Source: Cyanobacteriota bacterium (GTDB lineage Bacteria; Cyanobacteriota; Cyanobacteriia; PCC-6307; Cyanobiaceae). From it: a DNA stretch of 64,000 bases. The position numbers and the translations under genes are program-made. The stretch is taken from assembly GCA_046052125.1 (NCBI GenBank), contig JBJOMY010000001.1:32001-96000 (forward strand), written 5' to 3'. Shown here one piece after another: positions 60,568 through 64,000 of the stretch (its first letter is position 1; the number at the start of each line of letters is the position of its first letter). Under the pieces are notes generated by a model that saw only the letters and a list, made by a program, of their open reading frames with translations, had not been told where the DNA came from and ran no database searches.

Positions 60568-62343
60568 TCAGGCCGCTGAGGCCAGCAGGCTCTCCACCTT
60601 TTCGCGGCCCAGCTTCACCACGTAATCGCCGAAGGAGCGACGGCCGCCTGCGGCTTTCCATCCCTGCAGCAGCGGTTCGATCGTGGTTTCGAGCTTCTCG
60701 AGAGGCATCTTCTCGAGATACGGCTCAGCCAGGCGCGTGAGGTTGGGGGTGCCGCCGAGCCAGAGCTGGTATTGGTTCACGCCATCGCCCACCAGGCCAA
60801 GCTCGGCCATGTAGGGGCGGGCGCAGCCATTGGGGCAGCCGGTCATCCGCACCAGCATCGGCTTCTCGATCTCCAAGCGCCGCAGCTGGGCATCGAGGCG
60901 ATCCAACACCTGGGGCAGGATCCGCTCGGCTTCCGTGACCGCCAGCCCGCAGAGGGGTAGGGCCGGGCAGGCAATGGCATGGCGTGCCAACAGCGCCGGG
61001 GCGTCGGGGGCATCGATCCCCAGCGCTGCCAGGGCATCGCGCACGCTGCCCCGTTGGGCGGTGCCGATGTTGCACAGCAGGAGGTCTTGGTTGGGGGTGA
61101 GGCGGATCTCCAGCTGGTAGGTCTCCACCAGCTGGCGCAGCCCACGCTTGAGCTCGCCCCCGAGGCGGCCGCAGAGCAGGGGGATGCCCACGAACCACTT
61201 GCCGGCGGTCTGGCGATGCCAGCCCAGGTAGTCCTCGAGCTTCACCTTCGGCTCAAGCCGCATCCCTTTGATCGGGTGCTGGAAATACTTCGCCTTCAGT
61301 TCCTGCTTGAACCAGGCAATGCCCTGATCGTGGATCAGGTATTTCATCCGCGCGTGGCGGCGGTTGTTGCGATCGCCGTAGTCGCGCTGCAGCGCCAGGA
61401 TCGCCTGCACCAGATCAAGCACATGCTCGGCGTCCACATAGCCGAGGGGATCGGCGGTGCGGGCAAAGGTTTCTTCCTTGTTGTGGGTGCGGCCCATGCC
61501 ACCACCCACATACACGTTGCAGCCGCGCAGGGCGCCATTGGCATCGGCGAAGGCCACCAGGCCGATGTCCTGGGTGAGCAGATCCACGGAGTTATCGCCG
61601 GGAACCGTCACCGCGCACTTGAATTTGCGGGGCAGGTAGGTGGGTCCGTAGAGCGGTTCTTGGCTGTCGCCGCTGAACACACCGCCCTCGTGCTGGCGCT
61701 CACGCACCTTGTTCACGGCGCGGCTGGGCTTGATCCGGTAGCTGAGTTCGCCATCCACCCACAGGTCGAGGTAGGCCCCTTCCGCGGCTTGCGGGCTGAG
61801 GGTGTCGGCGATGTCGTTCGCCAGTTGGCGAGCAGCGGGGTAGGCACCCTTTTCGAAGGGCGCTGCCGGGGCCATCACATTGCGGTTGATATCGCCGCAG
61901 GCGGCCAGGGTGGAGCCCATGCCCCGCACGATCGTGCCAATCACTTCGCGCAGGTTGTGCTTCCGGATGCCATGCATCTGGAACGCCTGGCGCGTGGTCA
62001 CCCGCAGGGTGCCGTTGCCGAGGCGATCGGCCAGATCATCGAGGGCCAGATACAGCGAGGCAGGAATGCGACCGCCGGGGCTGCGCAGGCGCAGCATCAT
62101 CTGCCAATCCTTCTCTTGGCCTTTTTGCCTGTTTTCGCGATTGTCCTGCTGATAGCTGCCGTGGAACTTGAGCAGCTGAACAGCGCCTTCGCTGAAGTTG
62201 GGACGTTCGTTCTCCAGCTCTTCGGCGAGGGGATCGCGCAGGTAGGCGCTATCGGCCTTCAGCTGCTCGAACTTGCTGCGATCGGCGCCGTTGGCGATGC
62301 AAGGTGAGAAACCGCGTTCATCAGGCCCTGCCGTCACGGTCAC
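60568..62343 (-). CDS. sir: Ferredoxin-sulfite reductase
   Basis: KFHGSYQQDNR, TTRQAFQ.HG, ACGDINRN, and siroheme Cys motifs ACPALPLC and TGCPNGC. Confidence 0.93.
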   Translation of the reverse strand: MTVTAGPDERGFSPCIANGADRSKFEQLKADSAYLRDPLAEELENERPNFSEGAVQLLKFHGSYQQDNRENRQKGQEKDWQMMLRLRSPGGRIPASLYLALDDLADRLGNGTLRVTTRQAFQMHGIRKHNLREVIGTIVRGMGSTLAACGDINRNVMAPAAPFEKGAYPAARQLANDIADTLSPQAAEGAYLDLWVDGELSYRIKPSRAVNKVRERQHEGGVFSGDSQEPLYGPTYLPRKFKCAVTVPGDNSVDLLTQDIGLVAFADANGALRGCNVYVGGGMGRTHNKEETFARTADPLGYVDAEHVLDLVQAILALQRDYGDRNNRRHARMKYLIHDQGIAWFKQELKAKYFQHPIKGMRLEPKVKLEDYLGWHRQTAGKWFVGIPLLCGRLGGELKRGLRQLVETYQLEIRLTPNQDLLLCNIGTAQRGSVRDALAALGIDAPDAPALLARHAIACPALPLCGLAVTEAERILPQVLDRLDAQLRRLEIEKPMLVRMTGCPNGCARPYMAELGLVGDGVNQYQLWLGGTPNLTRLAEPYLEKMPLEKLETTIEPLLQGWKAAGGRRSFGDYVVKLGREKVESLLASAA

Positions 62344-62365
62344 ACGCTGATCAAAGTGTTGTGAT

Positions 62366-62455
62366 GACCGTAGCGAAACGCCGGTGGCAACCCGCTCAGC
62401 GCAGACGCTGAAAGCGGCTCCGGCAGCTGCACTCCGCGCCCCAGATCGCCCGGTC
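62366..62455 (-). ncRNA. Candidate structured 5' leader RNA of sir
   Basis: Six short complementary segments form a nested multi-stem fold; the G-U pairs work only on the minus strand. Confidence 0.5.
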
Positions 62456-62495
62456 TCTCTTCAATACAGTGGGCGGCTGTTGCGGGCTGCCCCTC

Positions 62496-64000
62496 GTGTC
62501 GACCTTTCTGCTGGAGATCGGGACCGAGGAACTGCCCGCTGATTTTGCACGGCTGGCGCTCCCCCAGCTCGAGCAGATGGTGAGCCGCGATCTCAGCGAA
62601 GCGCGTCTCGGTTATGGTGAGATCCGCTGCACCAGTACGCCGCGGCGCCTCGCGGTGGTGGTGGAGGGTGTGGAGGCTGCGGCCCCTGATCTTGAGGAAG
62701 AGCGCAAAGGCCCTCCTGCAGCGCAGGCGTTTAAAGACGGCGTGCCAACCCCGGCTGCAGAAGGCTTCGCCAAGCGCTGCGGCATCGACGCCTCGGCCCT
62801 GGAGGTGCGCGAGACCCCGAAGGGTCCGTTTGTGTTCGCCCGCGTGCTGGAGCGGGGGCGGCCTGCGCCTGAGCTGCTGGGCGAATGGATTCCCCAATGG
62901 ATCAACAGCCTTCAGGGCCGGCGCTTCATGCGCTGGGGTTCGGGTGAGAGCCGCTTCTCACGGCCCGTGCGCTGGCTGGTGGCGATGCTTGATGGCCAGG
63001 TGGTGCCTGTGCGGCTCGAGGGCAGCGATCCGGAGGTGAGCAGCGGCAACAGCAGCCGGGGCCACCGTCTCAAGAGCGACGCCGTGAGCATTGCTAGTGC
63101 GTCTGGATACGCGGAAGCGTTGGCCGCTGCCGGTGTGCAGGTGGATCGCAGCGCCCGGGCCCAGTGGATCCGTGAGCAGGTGGCTGCGGCCGCTCAGGCG
63201 CTCGAGGCCACGCCAGACCTTCCCGATGAGTTGTTCGAGGAACTCACCGATCTGGTGGAGTCGCCCCTGCTGATCGAGGGCAGCGTGGCTGATCACTATT
63301 TGGCCTTACCGGCGGAGGTGCTCAGCACCGTGATGCGCGCCCACCAGCGCTATGTGCCCCTCTACCGCAAGGGTGCAGCCCACGACCCCCTCGCCCTCGA
63401 TGCCCGGGCCAGCCTGCTGCCCCGCTTCCTGTGCATTGGCAACGGCTTGCCGGAGGCCTCTGAGCTGGTGCGCCGCGGCAATGAGCGGGTGCTCAAGGCC
63501 CGCTTGGCGGATGCGGAGTTTTTCGTGGATGCCGATCGGGCCGTGGCCAGCATTGATCGGCGCGATCAACTGGCGCGGGTCACCTTTGCTGCAGGCCTGG
63601 GCTCCTTGCTCGATCGGGTTGAGCGCCTGGAGTGGTGCACCGATGTGCTGCTGGAGCAGCTCGCTTTGAGTGAAGCCACGGCGAGCCATGCCCGCCGCGG
63701 CGCCCATCTCTGCAAGCACGATCTGGTGAGCCAGATGGTGGGTGAATTCCCTGAGCTTCAGGGGGTGATGGGCGGGAAATATCTCCTGGCCGAAGGCGAG
63801 CCGCGCGAAGTGGCTCTGGCTGTTCTCGAGCACTACCTCCCCCGCGGCGCAGGCGACGATCTGCCCGAATCCGATGCAGGTGCCGTGGTGGCTCTGGCCG
63901 AGCGGCTCGAGCTGTTGCTGAGCATTTACGCCAAGGGTGAGCGCCCCACTGGTTCGTCGGATCCCTATGCCCTGCGCCGGGCCGGCAATGGCCTGCTGCA
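62496..64000 (+). CDS. glyS: Glycine-tRNA ligase beta subunit, partial (runs off the right edge)
   Basis: Manual translation from GTG 62496: STFLLEIGTEELP, TPRRL, MRWG...FSRP, GNERVLKARL.DA, GEFPELQG and GSSDPYALRR. Confidence 0.95.
   Translation, partial: MSTFLLEIGTEELPADFARLALPQLEQMVSRDLSEARLGYGEIRCTSTPRRLAVVVEGVEAAAPDLEEERKGPPAAQAFKDGVPTPAAEGFAKRCGIDASALEVRETPKGPFVFARVLERGRPAPELLGEWIPQWINSLQGRRFMRWGSGESRFSRPVRWLVAMLDGQVVPVRLEGSDPEVSSGNSSRGHRLKSDAVSIASASGYAEALAAAGVQVDRSARAQWIREQVAAAAQALEATPDLPDELFEELTDLVESPLLIEGSVADHYLALPAEVLSTVMRAHQRYVPLYRKGAAHDPLALDARASLLPRFLCIGNGLPEASELVRRGNERVLKARLADAEFFVDADRAVASIDRRDQLARVTFAAGLGSLLDRVERLEWCTDVLLEQLALSEATASHARRGAHLCKHDLVSQMVGEFPELQGVMGGKYLLAEGEPREVALAVLEHYLPRGAGDDLPESDAGAVVALAERLELLLSIYAKGERPTGSSDPYALRRAGNGLL

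Overview
GC-rich, densely packed chromosomal segment from a picocyanobacterium. The lineage call (Synechococcus/Cyanobium-like) is inferred from gene content: psb28, apcF, pcyA, gun4, pam68, sipA, an unsplit dnaE, and NtcA and LexA boxes. It is almost all core genome, about 75 CDSs: msrA, ABC exporter, trpD, carA, STAS antagonist, mini-RNase III, rlmB, gatA, dnaE, rpsO, ruvA, dnaG, umuDC, yraN, rsmA, ispE, pdhB, secDF, two AI-2E transporters, psb28, mnmH/selU, gun4, pmgA-like kinase, glnA, apcF, aminotransferase, tadA, PLP decarboxylase, FHA-PBP, lspA, bioY, sipA, an M16 peptidase pair, pcyA, devBCA, rpsB-tsf, recG, ddpX, sir and partial glyS. I saw no tRNA, rRNA, CRISPR array, integrase or transposase. 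The most interesting signals are small or non-coding. (1) A 76-aa Arg/Gln/His-rich gene converges on glnA and has a perfect NtcA box in a repressor-like position, making it a candidate divergent glutamine synthetase inactivating factor. (2) A multi-stem RNA leader lies upstream of sulfite reductase. (3) An unlisted 31-aa membrane microprotein precedes pdhB. (4) A stand-alone phage-type zinc-ribbon gene precedes yraN. (5) The STAS gene probably has a non-canonical AUC start. (6) A 51-aa very basic protein lies near rpsB. All product calls come from motif recognition by eye; no searches were run.
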